Virus record (IMG/VR): IMGVR_UViG_3300023184_002982
Location: 1-53,984 of that record
Length of the DNA: 53,984 nucleotides
Strand: one strand, 5' to 3'
From: a virus
Lineage: Duplodnaviria > Caudoviricetes
Made by a program: the position numbers and the translations under genes. Below are positions 18,749-28,217 of the stretch, piece after piece. Position 1 is the stretch's first letter; each line of letters opens with the position of its first letter. Under the pieces are notes generated by a model that saw only the letters and a program-made list of their open reading frames with translations, made no database searches and had not been told where the DNA came from.

Positions 18749-19379
18749 AATTGCCCTATTTGTTCATCATCCACGATGTTCAATACAATCAGTAAACGGT
18801 ATTATTAAATCGTTAGAGGAGCATTATGTTTTCAAAACTTTCACTAAACACGAAATTGAAGATGGCTTCTTTGACGATGTGGATATCGTGTGTTTTGCTG
18901 GTGGCATTGGTGATTCTGATGCCTATGATTTTTTGTTTAGAGATAATGGGAATAGTATCCGCAGGTACGTACAAAATGGTGGTAGATACCTTGGAATCTG
19001 TATGGGTGCTTATTGGGCTGATCGCCATTATTTTAATTTGTTGGACGGGATTGATTGCGACCAGTATATTAGAAGACCTAACACCTGCACCAGAAGATAC
19101 TATAGTAAAGCAATTGAATGTAACTGGAACGGCAATACAGATAGGTTCTTCTTTTACGATGGACCTGCATTTGTCGGAAACGAATCAAATTTTGAAACCA
19201 TTGCAAGGTACTCAAACGGGGATTCAGCAGCAATTATCGCGGGACGTATAGGATTAGTTGGACCACACTTAGAGAGCCAAGAGTTTTGGTATGATAAACC
19301 ATACCTACACAAATATTGGCATAAAGACACACACGGAAAACTACTATTAAACTTTGTAGACAGATTAATGGAGAAATAA
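18717..19379 (+). CDS. BPL-N / class I glutamine amidotransferase-like protein
   Basis: FAGG, GGRYLGICMGAY nucleophile elbow, GPHLE. Confidence 0.75.
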   Translation: MEMNALHVRGRIALFVHHPRCSIQSVNGIIKSLEEHYVFKTFTKHEIEDGFFDDVDIVCFAGGIGDSDAYDFLFRDNGNSIRRYVQNGGRYLGICMGAYWADRHYFNLLDGIDCDQYIRRPNTCTRRYYSKAIECNWNGNTDRFFFYDGPAFVGNESNFETIARYSNGDSAAIIAGRIGLVGPHLESQEFWYDKPYLHKYWHKDTHGKLLLNFVDRLMEK

Positions 19380-19380
19380 A

Positions 19381-19509
19381 ATGTTTGTATTGGAAATGTT
19401 AGTTGCAGGATTTTTTTCTGCTCTTGGGTGGTGGGGTGCAAATCATTATGTGGTAGAACCATACTTAGAACCTAAAACAACAATGGAGAAAGATGTAAAT
19501 GGCAAATAA
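19381..19509 (+). CDS. Small membrane protein (not in ORF track)
   Basis: GGAG SD; MFVLEMLVAGFFSALGWWGANHYVV..., 42 aa. Confidence 0.55.
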   Translation: MFVLEMLVAGFFSALGWWGANHYVVEPYLEPKTTMEKDVNGK

Positions 19510-19660
19510 GGATTACACAGATTTTAAAGTACAAAAAGAAATACTATTAGATTATTTACAGGTTATGATTGCGATTGAAGATTGGCATGGTGTATCTGAT
19601 GTAGCGAATGATTTAAGAGAACTAGAAGCAAAACAAGATAAAAACTATAAGAGTAAATAA
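19499..19660 (+). CDS. Small hypothetical protein (not in ORF track)
   Basis: 53 aa, DWHGVSDVANDLRELE; fills the gap before nrdB. Confidence 0.6.
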   Translation: MANKDYTDFKVQKEILLDYLQVMIAIEDWHGVSDVANDLRELEAKQDKNYKSK

Positions 19661-19661
19661 G

Positions 19662-20654
19662 ATGATAAAAAAACAACAAGTAAAGCTAACAGATGAAAGA
19701 ACAGCATTCAAACCATTTGCCTATCCTTGGGCATACAACTCATGGCTACAACATGAACAATCGCATTGGATTCACACTGAAGTACCAATGCTTGAAGATG
19801 TTAAGGATTGGAAGAATAAACTATCGAAAGACGAAAAGAATTTTCTCACTCATGTATTCAGATTTTTTACTCAGGGTGACATTGATGTTGCAGGTGGTTA
19901 CGTTAATAATTATCTACCTTATTTCCCGCAACCTGAAGTAAGAATGATGCTGCTAGGGTTTGCGGCACGTGAGGCACTTCATATCGCAGCATATTCACAC
20001 TTGATTGAAACACTAGGTATGCCAGATACCACATACTCTGAATTTCTAGCATACCAAGAAATGAAGGACAAACATGATTACGTTCTTGATCTTAGCACAC
20101 AGAGTGGCGATAGGGCTACTACTGCTACTCACATTGCAGTATTCTCTGCTTTCACCGAAGGGATGCAACTATTCAGTTCCTTTATCATGTTACTTAACTT
20201 CCCTAGACAAGGCAAGATGAAGGGCATGGGACAAATCATTACTTGGTCTATCGTGGATGAAACACAACACGCCGAGTCAATGATTAAACTATTCCGTACA
20301 TATATTGAAGAGAACAAAGATATATGGAATGATGATCTCAAATCAAGAATCTATTCTATTGCAGAGAAGATGGTAGAACTAGAAGATAACTTCATTGATC
20401 TGGCATTTGCAACAGGTGGCATTGAAGGATTGACTGCGGAAGATGTCAAGAAATACATTCGATACATTGCAGATCGTAGGTTGATTAGTCTTGGACTCAA
20501 AGGTATATTCAAGGTTAAAAAGAATCCTTTACCTTGGGTAGAGGAAATGATTAATGCACCAACCCACACAAACTTTTTTGAGAATCGGGCAACTGATTAT
20601 TCAAAGGGTGCATTGTCCGGTACGTGGGAAAATGTATGGGGTAAAGCAGCATAA
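19662..20654 (+). CDS. nrdB: Ribonucleotide reductase small subunit
   Basis: FFTQGD, EALHIAAY, FTEG, DETQH diiron ligands; NFFENRATDY. Confidence 0.96.
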   Translation: MIKKQQVKLTDERTAFKPFAYPWAYNSWLQHEQSHWIHTEVPMLEDVKDWKNKLSKDEKNFLTHVFRFFTQGDIDVAGGYVNNYLPYFPQPEVRMMLLGFAAREALHIAAYSHLIETLGMPDTTYSEFLAYQEMKDKHDYVLDLSTQSGDRATTATHIAVFSAFTEGMQLFSSFIMLLNFPRQGKMKGMGQIITWSIVDETQHAESMIKLFRTYIEENKDIWNDDLKSRIYSIAEKMVELEDNFIDLAFATGGIEGLTAEDVKKYIRYIADRRLISLGLKGIFKVKKNPLPWVEEMINAPTHTNFFENRATDYSKGALSGTWENVWGKAA

Positions 20655-20773
20655 TTGTGACAGTTGTGTTTAAAAACTTGGTTTTGCTAGATATTAAGAT
20701 AAATCGGTCACGACAATAAGGTGACTCTGGAACCGTAACCAGAAAGAATAACAAATCAACATAGAGTGCGATA

Positions 20774-20947
20774 ATGTGGTTGATGATATTAATAGCTGTA
20801 AATATAAATGATCCAAGCGATCAACCAGCAAGAATGTCAATGGAGTTTCCAGATCAACAGTCCTGCGAACAAGCAAAATCTACTCTATCATATTCAGTAA
20901 AGTTCAAAAATTTCAAAATAGAAGCGGCGTGTAAACCATCTAAATAG
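20774..20947 (+). CDS. Small exported protein (not in ORF track)
   Basis: MWLMILIAV...EFPDQQSCEQAK...AACKPSK, 57 aa. Confidence 0.55.
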   Translation: MWLMILIAVNINDPSDQPARMSMEFPDQQSCEQAKSTLSYSVKFKNFKIEAACKPSK

Positions 20948-20966
20948 GCGTTTAGGGAGTAATTCC

Positions 20967-21431
20967 ATGAAACGCCTATTTTTCTTTGTGGTGGCACTTT
21001 TTGCTTTCAATGCATACGCAGCAGAATCATATCGTTTACCTTTTGTAGAATTACAAAACGGTCCTACTAAAATTCCTTTTATTGAACAAGAATGGGTTCT
21101 CGGAACAGAGAGAGCCGATTGGTTGTTATACTTAGAAAAAGGAATGTTTAAAAAACATAATCAACCAATGTATGAATTTCATGCTGTCACCATATACAAG
21201 AAACCATACCACAATGACTCTATTAAAGCAGATATTAGTAAGATATATACTTACGGAGTTCTGAATTGTAATGAAGCAAACCTGTATATTTTGTTCGAGT
21301 GGTATGTTGATGTAGATGAAAATTTGGTATTTAAATCATCACACGAATTCGGTGCATATACAGTTGAAATGCTGACACCGATTACGGCAAGAAATGATGT
21401 ATATAACCAAATATGTAAGGATTCAGTATGA
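20967..21431 (+). CDS. Exported hypothetical protein
   Basis: Signal peptide ending AYA; two Cys; GGGAG SD. Confidence 0.65.
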   Translation: MKRLFFFVVALFAFNAYAAESYRLPFVELQNGPTKIPFIEQEWVLGTERADWLLYLEKGMFKKHNQPMYEFHAVTIYKKPYHNDSIKADISKIYTYGVLNCNEANLYILFEWYVDVDENLVFKSSHEFGAYTVEMLTPITARNDVYNQICKDSV

Positions 21432-22246
21432 AAAAACTTATAAGTATAATTCTATTGTTCGCAGCACATCATGCATTAGCATGGGAACAGCAAGCACCAC
21501 TATCAATCGACAAGTGTGCAGTTCATGCACCCTACGGTATGCCAACAGTAACCAAAGCAGATGCCACAGTCATTTGCCGCAACGGTTATCTAACAATGCA
21601 CGACAATCAAGCAAAGATACCAGTATGGGCATCATACTCTATTGATGCGACAACAGCACTTGGATGTGTTGCACGTACCAATGCATTCGTTGCAGACAAT
21701 TCCCTACCATTAGGTAAGAAAGCATCACCTACCGATTATGCTGGTACTGGATATGATCAAGGACATATTGTACCTGATGGTGATCAATCATATAACCAAC
21801 AAGTTGAATGGGAATCTTTTCTCATGTCTAACATGTCACCACAATTACCTAATTTAAATCGTGGTGTATGGAAGCAATTAGAATCTACTGTTCGTGCATG
21901 GGCAGTACAACGTAATCATAAACTTATTGTGATACCAGGAGACATCTATGACACTGCTACGGCTAAAAAGATTGGTAAGAGTAATGTGGTTGTACCAACT
22001 GCATTGTTTAAGGTTGTCATTGACACGCAAACAAACGAAGCACTAGCATTTATCTACGAGCATAAAGAATCACAACCAACTGATATTACATTAGGTCAAG
22101 TATCAATTGCAGAAGTAGAGAAGCGCACAGGTATTACATTTCCAGTACCAAAGGGCGTAGATAAGAATGCTAAACCAAAAGTATGGACTGCCGACTTAGG
22201 TGCATTGGGCAAATCCAAGAAAGCTAAGTGTGGTAAAGATGATTAA
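21428..22246 (+). CDS. Secreted DNA/RNA non-specific endonuclease (NucA/EndoG family)
   Basis: Signal peptide; YDQGH, ESFLMSNMSPQLPNLNRGVW, VPTALFKV. Confidence 0.9.
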   Translation: MKKLISIILLFAAHHALAWEQQAPLSIDKCAVHAPYGMPTVTKADATVICRNGYLTMHDNQAKIPVWASYSIDATTALGCVARTNAFVADNSLPLGKKASPTDYAGTGYDQGHIVPDGDQSYNQQVEWESFLMSNMSPQLPNLNRGVWKQLESTVRAWAVQRNHKLIVIPGDIYDTATAKKIGKSNVVVPTALFKVVIDTQTNEALAFIYEHKESQPTDITLGQVSIAEVEKRTGITFPVPKGVDKNAKPKVWTADLGALGKSKKAKCGKDD

Positions 22247-22403
22247 ACTCCAACATGAATGTTCAGCGTGTGCATCCCAATTCAGTATCTCATATAACGA
22301 GATGCATACTGAAACAGACCCAACATATTGCCCATTCTGCGGAGAATATCTAATCCTTGAACAAGAGGATTTCGATGAAGAGGAAGATGACGAACCACTA
22401 TGA
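22239..22403 (+). CDS. Zinc-ribbon protein with acidic tail
   Basis: CSAC...CPFCG. Confidence 0.7.
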   Translation: MIKLQHECSACASQFSISYNEMHTETDPTYCPFCGEYLILEQEDFDEEEDDEPL

Positions 22404-22816
22404 ATTGGTTATTATGTGGAAGTGAGTATATTGATGATGGTTTGAGTTTTGGTTTTGTGTATATGATAGAAAACACAATTACAGGACGAAAATATATTGG
22501 ACGCAAATACTTTACACAAGCTGGCTACAAGCAAGTCAACGGTAAACGAAAGAAAATCCGAAAGCCATCCGATTGGCAAACCTATTACGGTTCCAATGAA
22601 ACACTCAAAGAAGATGTCTCAATCTTAGGTGAGGATAAGTTCGTAAGGACTATCCTTCACCTTTGTAAGACTAAATCCGAATGTTCATACCTTGAAACCT
22701 ACGAGATATTTAATCGTCATGCATTATTATCGGAAAACTATTATAATGATTGGGTATCTGCCAAGATACGCAAAGCCCACTTGACCAAACTCCAAATATC
22801 AGATATCACTAAATAA
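22400..22816 (+). CDS. GIY-YIG endonuclease (T4-like)
   Basis: GFVYMIEN...RKYIGRK, SDWQTYYGS, YLE, YYN. Confidence 0.85.
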   Translation: MNWLLCGSEYIDDGLSFGFVYMIENTITGRKYIGRKYFTQAGYKQVNGKRKKIRKPSDWQTYYGSNETLKEDVSILGEDKFVRTILHLCKTKSECSYLETYEIFNRHALLSENYYNDWVSAKIRKAHLTKLQISDITK

Positions 22817-22868
22817 AATGTTGCAGGACAGCATTTCTATGCTATATAATAACATAGGAGGAAATGCA

Positions 22869-23015
22869 ATGTTTAAAAAAATGATAGAATGGTTCACACA
22901 ACCACAAATAACTGAAATAGAGTATTATATCTGTTCACACAATCCGAAGAATACTGCTGACGTAGAGCAATTAATTAATGAATTCAACTATAAAAGGAAA
23001 TTACAATGTTTTTAA
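22869..23015 (+). CDS. Small hypothetical protein
   Basis: AGGAGG SD before ATG 22869. Confidence 0.55.
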   Translation: MFKKMIEWFTQPQITEIEYYICSHNPKNTADVEQLINEFNYKRKLQCF

Positions 23016-23266
23016 ATCAACCACAATTCCCAATGTTTTACACTCACAATGACCTTACCATTAAAGCGGAGAATTATATCGTGAAAACAATCGATTTTAA
23101 CAAGCAATTCATTGATCAATCGCTTGCATATTTCAACAGTATCACAGATAATAGTTTTGCTACATATACACAGAAGGCAGTTAATTTTAACCAGAATGTA
23201 GCTGAAGATGCGAAAAAAATTATCAGAAGTGAAAAAGCAAAGTCTCCAACTGGAGATACAAAGTAA
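23006..23266 (+). CDS. Helical protein, possibly phasin-like
   Basis: Amphipathic all-helical pattern, AAGGA SD; resemblance only. Confidence 0.35.
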   Translation: MFLNQPQFPMFYTHNDLTIKAENYIVKTIDFNKQFIDQSLAYFNSITDNSFATYTQKAVNFNQNVAEDAKKIIRSEKAKSPTGDTK

Positions 23267-23468
23267 GTCTAAGTTTTGGCATCCAGTGTGTCGCAATGGG
23301 TGGTGGATTAAGTTCTCCACCTATCGTGACCACTATATTTTGTTAATGATCGTTTCCCGTTATACCGCACAAACAATTATACGTTATTATGAGAATGAAG
23401 ATGATGCAGTAGCATTTATCAATTTCGTTACCACATGTAACGCACAACATGTACTTGAATCAGCATAG
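23208..23468 (+). CDS. Hypothetical protein
   Basis: RNGWWIKFS...IIRYYENEDDAVAFINF. Confidence 0.55.
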   Translation: MRKKLSEVKKQSLQLEIQSKSKFWHPVCRNGWWIKFSTYRDHYILLMIVSRYTAQTIIRYYENEDDAVAFINFVTTCNAQHVLESA

Positions 23469-23476
23469 GGATTATT

Positions 23477-24097
23477 ATGAATTTTGTGGAAAAACTGTGC
23501 AATACACAGAAAATGGTAAACGATTTACTCTTGAATAAAAAAGAGAATTTCGCATCAAGTGATATACCCCAACCACTTACCGAATTAGAACTTGCAGCAA
23601 AAGCATGTGTTACTGCACTCCGTAATGGTAATAAAATATTCTTTATGGGTAATGGTGGTTCAGCAGCAGAAGCACAACACCTTTCAGCAGAGTTGGTTGG
23701 TCATTTTATGTGTAACAGTCAACCGTATGCTGCTATCGCATTAAACACCGACACATCAGCAATTACAGCAATTAGTAATGATTATAATTTTGAAGAAATA
23801 TTTTCCCGCCAACTATCAGCACTTGCAAAATCTGGTGATGTAGCAATCTATTTGTCCACATCCGGTTCATCTGAAAATATACTTGAAGCAATGAAGATTG
23901 GTCGTACACTTAATTTGGTCAACATTGCATTTACTGGTATGAAAACAACTTGGATGAAACAATTTTCAGATTATTATATTGCAGTACCATCATTAAGAAC
24001 ACCACAGATTCAAGAAGGGCATTTGATGCTAGGTCATTTACTATGCGAATACATAGAGAATGAAATGGAATCAACAACCGTGAATGACGATTTCTAA
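23477..24097 (+). CDS. gmhA: Phosphoheptose (sedoheptulose-7-phosphate) isomerase
   Basis: GNGGSAAEAQH, TAISNDY, STSGSSEN, IQEGH. Confidence 0.92.
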   Translation: MNFVEKLCNTQKMVNDLLLNKKENFASSDIPQPLTELELAAKACVTALRNGNKIFFMGNGGSAAEAQHLSAELVGHFMCNSQPYAAIALNTDTSAITAISNDYNFEEIFSRQLSALAKSGDVAIYLSTSGSSENILEAMKIGRTLNLVNIAFTGMKTTWMKQFSDYYIAVPSLRTPQIQEGHLMLGHLLCEYIENEMESTTVNDDF

Positions 24098-24100
24098 TGC

Positions 24101-24415
24101 ATGGCTATTCAAAAAACTTGTCCTAGATGTGGAGTAAAGCACCAGAAACGTGGACCATTTTGTTCACGTTCTTGTGGTAATGTACGCGAACACACCGAAG
24201 AAGATAAAGCAATACGCGCACAAAAACTAGCAGAGTATCATCAAACACCAGAGGGTGCAGCAACACGCGAAAAATCATCACGTATGATGACTGCTAAAAC
24301 GACAGGTAAAGAATGGGAAGAAATCGGTGTAGATGATTTTGCCGTAGGTATTCCAGATGTTACCGATTATTCTGCTGACTATGATTGGACATGGCAACGC
24401 GCAGAAAAATGGTGA
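24101..24415 (+). CDS. Zinc-finger hypothetical protein
   Basis: CPRC...FCSRSC. Confidence 0.6.
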   Translation: MAIQKTCPRCGVKHQKRGPFCSRSCGNVREHTEEDKAIRAQKLAEYHQTPEGAATREKSSRMMTAKTTGKEWEEIGVDDFAVGIPDVTDYSADYDWTWQRAEKW

Positions 24416-24444
24416 TTGACACCAATTCAAATCTATTGTAGTAT
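24416..24444 (+). promoter_or_regulatory. Sigma70-type promoter
   Basis: TTGACA-17bp-TAGTAT, ATG 6 nt after the -10. Confidence 0.6.
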
Positions 24445-24450
24445 ATTCAA

Positions 24451-25341
24451 ATGAAAAAAATACGAGAGAAGTTGAAAGATTGGCAATATGCCATCGAGAA
24501 CCTATACAATGCAATCCCATACACATTAATGGAAATGATTGTATTATTTGTGGTATTATGCTTTATTGTAGTTGGCGCAGCAGAAGCAAAACCACATAAA
24601 CATCGTGTTGCCAAAACTATAACAAACAATAATCTATCTTTTTTGGTAACTGATGTGACTACGAATTCTATTGTGCATGGACATAATATAGATCAGGTTC
24701 GAGCATTGGCTAGTATTACCAAATTAATGACTGCTATGGTAGCGTTGGATAGCAGCACTGATATGAATAAAATGCTAAGTTTGAGTAAATTAACTCACAG
24801 TAGGATGCCAGTTCGACAGTATTCTAGGGGTGAATTGTTTCACATGTTGCTAATCAAATCAGATAACGCAGCAGCCGAGACATTAGCAGCAGATTATGAA
24901 GGTGGACGTAGTAAATTCATTCAAGACATGAATACCCGTGCTGAACTAATGGGTATGTACGGCACACATTTTGATGATCCATCGGGTTTAAGTAATGGTA
25001 ATGTAAGCACAGCATCGGATGTTACCACAATGGTTGCCACAGCAGCACAATATTATCCAATAATAAGACAAATAAGCACTAAAAAAGAAGCAGATATTTT
25101 AACTTACACTAAAAATAAAACACGACATACTATCATTCATAACACTAATCATGTATTATTGGATAGTGTCGGTGGCATACAATTAAGCAAAACAGGGTTT
25201 ACTAATCCTGCGGGTTTTTGTGTGGCTATATTGATTGAACGTGAAATTAATTATGAAACACATCATCGAATTGTGGTTGTGATGGGTGCTAAAAATCCAA
25301 TTCAACGAGCAGATACAGTTAAACGTATCATTCATGCGTAA
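24451..25341 (+). CDS. D-Ala-D-Ala peptidase, S11 family (PBP7/PbpG-like)
   Basis: ASITK (SxxK), SDN (SxN), KTG; N-terminal TM segment. Confidence 0.9.
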   Translation: MKKIREKLKDWQYAIENLYNAIPYTLMEMIVLFVVLCFIVVGAAEAKPHKHRVAKTITNNNLSFLVTDVTTNSIVHGHNIDQVRALASITKLMTAMVALDSSTDMNKMLSLSKLTHSRMPVRQYSRGELFHMLLIKSDNAAAETLAADYEGGRSKFIQDMNTRAELMGMYGTHFDDPSGLSNGNVSTASDVTTMVATAAQYYPIIRQISTKKEADILTYTKNKTRHTIIHNTNHVLLDSVGGIQLSKTGFTNPAGFCVAILIEREINYETHHRIVVVMGAKNPIQRADTVKRIIHA

Positions 25342-25349
25342 GGTATATA

Positions 25350-25562
25350 ATGAATAAAGAATTTAAACACATTATGGAACGCATTCAAAATTTGAATGAA
25401 TATGAGGTGCAAGTCCCATTTCCAGATGGATTTGAGTTTGATGGCGTAGTTCCGTTTGATATGAGTATTTCGGGTGGCACTGCTTTTGTTAAAGTTGTTG
25501 CAGAATCATTAGAGGAAGCAAGGTTTAAAGCAAATGAATACTTCGAAGGCAAATACAAATAA
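25350..25562 (+). CDS. Hypothetical protein
   Basis: 70-aa ORF; V.AESLEEA motif. Confidence 0.6.
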   Translation: MNKEFKHIMERIQNLNEYEVQVPFPDGFEFDGVVPFDMSISGGTAFVKVVAESLEEARFKANEYFEGKYK

Positions 25563-25648
25563 ACCGTGGTTGTCGGATGAATACGACATGCCAATATTAG
25601 AAACAGAAGAAATGTGGTCGCAGACTGCAATTGACGAATACAAAGAGG

Positions 25649-26431
25649 ATGAAAATGTCAACAAAAAAGAAAAAGATTAATGAAGTAATTGATACTAGCG
25701 CAAATACAGTTGCTGCTAATACTAATAGTAAAATTACTTTTTATCCAGAGCCAGTAACAAATCAATTATTTCCTACGCCTGTACTTTTTGCTAAACTGCC
25801 TAGAAAATATACTGATGAAGAAGTTGCATTCATAAAAAAATGTGCTAATCAGGTGACCAAAAATACTGGTAACACTACAAGCGTTGATCGTTATGTTTTT
25901 GAAGAACCCGCATTAGCTGATTTAAAATCATATGTACAGTTTTATGTTAATTACTATATGAATGAAATCGAGTGTTCATATAATCCTGTTGAAGCATACA
26001 TCACACAATCGTGGTTAAATTTTACACAACCAGGTGAGTTTCACCATAAGCATGAACATCCGAATAGTTATATTTCTGGTGTGCTGTATATTAATGCTGA
26101 TCCAGAAAAAGATAAAATCTATTTCTATAAAAATGGATATAAGCGCATTTCATTACCAACTGATAGGTATAATCAATTCAATTCAGAATCATGGTGGTTC
26201 AATGTTGGTACATGCGATTTAGTTTTATTTCCTTCATATCTCACACATATGGTTGAACAAACAGAAAGCAAAGATACAAGAATTAGTTTATCATTCAATA
26301 CATTCTTAAAAGGTTATATTGGTGAGGAAGCAAGCTTGACAGCATTGCATACTGGTGATAAAGTTGATACAAAAGAATGGCGTAAAACTGAAGTTGACAA
26401 ACCCAAAGATGGTCGTGGCGGTTCAATTTAA
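25649..26431 (+). CDS. 2OG-Fe(II) oxygenase (TIGR02466-like)
   Basis: SWLN, H.HPNSYISGVLY, LVLFPSYLTHMV, RISLSFN; start uncertain. Confidence 0.85.
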   Translation: MKMSTKKKKINEVIDTSANTVAANTNSKITFYPEPVTNQLFPTPVLFAKLPRKYTDEEVAFIKKCANQVTKNTGNTTSVDRYVFEEPALADLKSYVQFYVNYYMNEIECSYNPVEAYITQSWLNFTQPGEFHHKHEHPNSYISGVLYINADPEKDKIYFYKNGYKRISLPTDRYNQFNSESWWFNVGTCDLVLFPSYLTHMVEQTESKDTRISLSFNTFLKGYIGEEASLTALHTGDKVDTKEWRKTEVDKPKDGRGGSI

Positions 26432-26450
26432 TTGATGGAATGAATATATT

Positions 26451-26834
26451 ATGACTACAGGCACAACATTTGAAGTCCCCCCAACTCCAACAGGAGTATA
26501 TACAATAGCTATAGGTGGTTCTGGTGGCAGCGGTGGTATATTGAGTGGTTCATTAATACCTTCTCCGGTTACTTATGTTGACCATACTATTGCAGGTGAA
26601 ACAGTATTGGCTGAATATATAACGACACCAAGTTATAAAACACTTAATCAAACTGATGAAGAAATAAAAGGTTTATTGATTGAAAAGCTAATACATGAAA
26701 TGTACAGAACTGGTAAAATAGAATTTACACAAATGACAAGACATGATACAGATGAAAAGATTTTTCGTGCTAGAATTCATGTTGTACCTGATACGCAGGT
26801 TAGACTTATCAGAGAACTAAAAAGTGCAAAATAA
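26451..26834 (+). CDS. Hypothetical protein
   Basis: 127-aa ORF; IEFTQ...FRARIHV. Confidence 0.55.
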   Translation: MTTGTTFEVPPTPTGVYTIAIGGSGGSGGILSGSLIPSPVTYVDHTIAGETVLAEYITTPSYKTLNQTDEEIKGLLIEKLIHEMYRTGKIEFTQMTRHDTDEKIFRARIHVVPDTQVRLIRELKSAK

Positions 26835-26889
26835 ACAACGAAAATCTCTATGGCGTAAAAGGCAGTTTCCTAATCGATAGGAGGCATTA

Positions 26890-27168
26890 ATGTTATCATA
26901 CGTGAAAGAATGGTTTAAAGTTAATGATTATCCAATTCATATTGTAGCAGGTAATTTTGACGAGTTTCAAAATTTTGTTATAAAGAAACGACAAATGGGT
27001 TTTCATTTTGAATACAGATATGTTCGTGATGTTGATTCTATTCGTGGTTTAGATAGAATTCGTGGTTTATATGTTGGTACATACAAAGATCGTCCAGACT
27101 TGCCAGAAATACAAGAATTCATTTATATAATAAAATCTAAACACAATTTCTACGAAAATAATGCTTGA
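26890..27168 (+). CDS. Hypothetical protein
   Basis: AGGAGG SD; stop TGA lies inside the first TTGACA of the array. Confidence 0.6.
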   Translation: MLSYVKEWFKVNDYPIHIVAGNFDEFQNFVIKKRQMGFHFEYRYVRDVDSIRGLDRIRGLYVGTYKDRPDLPEIQEFIYIIKSKHNFYENNA

Positions 27169-27222
27169 CACGATTACCGTTATTTGATACTATCTGTTTA
27201 TGGTAATCAATTCGGGGATGTT

Positions 27223-27399
27223 ATGACTATTGATCAAATAAATCTGTTCTTGACTAAGTTGGCTGATGATGCTATAACTGCTGTTGTTGATGCAGAGTAT
27301 GATGAAATGGTATTTGAAATGTTTGCAGGTCATGAACAATTGATGTATGCTTCACAATCTTACACTAATGATTCAATTGCCTACGGGAGCATGATATAA
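27223..27399 (+). CDS. Small acidic early protein
   Basis: First ATG after cassette 1 with GGGG SD. Confidence 0.6.
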   Translation: MTIDQINLFLTKLADDAITAVVDAEYDEMVFEMFAGHEQLMYASQSYTNDSIAYGSMI

Positions 27400-27716
27400 T
27401 GAGCAAAATATCTGATGAATTAGCAGTTGCATTGATTGGTTACAAAGATGCAATCATAACTTCGTATGTAAATGTTACAGAATCTACTTTTATCGATCAT
27501 GGCGTTGAATTTGCTATTGGTAAAAAATATGTCAAGGTAACATTTAAGCCTTGGAGCAGCACAAAATCTACTAAAAAATATACACATTCATTTATTGATA
27601 AAACTACTGGTGATATATGGAAAGCAGCAACATGGAAAGCACCAGCAAAAAACTTTCCAAGAGGTAATGTATTGAATAATCATTATCCTACGCTGCGTTG
27701 GACAGGAATTTCTTAA
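27399..27716 (+). CDS. Conserved T4-like early hypothetical protein
   Basis: KKYVKV...HSFIDKTTGDIWKAATWKAPAK...RGNV. Confidence 0.7.
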   Translation: MSKISDELAVALIGYKDAIITSYVNVTESTFIDHGVEFAIGKKYVKVTFKPWSSTKSTKKYTHSFIDKTTGDIWKAATWKAPAKNFPRGNVLNNHYPTLRWTGIS

Positions 27717-27919
27717 TGATTAAATTGTGTGTATATTGCGCTCACTTTGAATTAGAGGGCGCAATTTGTAACTCTGAATCATCGATCAAAAAAATTGATT
27801 TAATATTTGGCAATCATGAAAAAATGAGTGCTGATGAAATGCGTAAAGATAAAGATAAATGTGGATTAGCAGCAAAACTATTTAAACCTAAACAAGGTTT
27901 TTTGCAGGAGGAAGTATGA
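27716..27919 (+). CDS. Cys-rich small protein
   Basis: LCVYCAHF...C...R....CG..AKLF. Confidence 0.6.
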   Translation: MIKLCVYCAHFELEGAICNSESSIKKIDLIFGNHEKMSADEMRKDKDKCGLAAKLFKPKQGFLQEEV

Positions 27920-28083
27920 AGCAATTTTTTACAAGTAAAGAAGAATATATCGCGGTACTGCAAACAGAAATGGAAACGCTGCTGCGATATTATTATAAAC
28001 CCCAAGGAAGTGCAACAGGACATTATAATACTGCTGCATCTGTGCTGGCTGATCGTATTAAAGAATTGAAGGAACAAGTATGA
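27916..28083 (+). CDS. Small hypothetical protein (not in ORF track)
   Basis: AGGAGG SD; 55 aa, TGHYNTAASVL..RI.EL. Confidence 0.6.
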   Translation: MKQFFTSKEEYIAVLQTEMETLLRYYYKPQGSATGHYNTAASVLADRIKELKEQV

Positions 28084-28217
28084 AAATCGTTTTATTAATT
28101 ATGGTTGTATCATTAGCTGCGTGTAACACAACAGCAGGAATCTTGCAAGGTGCAGGTAAAGATTTACAAGCTGCGGGTGCATGGGTTACACCAAAAGAAC
28201 AGATACCATTAAAATGA
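28080..28217 (+). CDS. Entericidin EcnA/B-family lipoprotein (not in ORF track)
   Basis: MKIVLLIMVVSLAACNTTAGILQGAGKDLQAAG: lipobox LAAC then CNT...G.GKD. Confidence 0.7.
   Translation: MKIVLLIMVVSLAACNTTAGILQGAGKDLQAAGAWVTPKEQIPLK

Noticed and set aside
16940-20654. Intron or intein in nrdA/nrdB
   Set aside because: Both frames are continuous, compact and lack splicing motifs
22538-22549. AACGGTAAACGA match to the junction repeat
   Set aside because: Lies inside the GIY-YIG gene encoding N-G-K-R; plausibly coding chance
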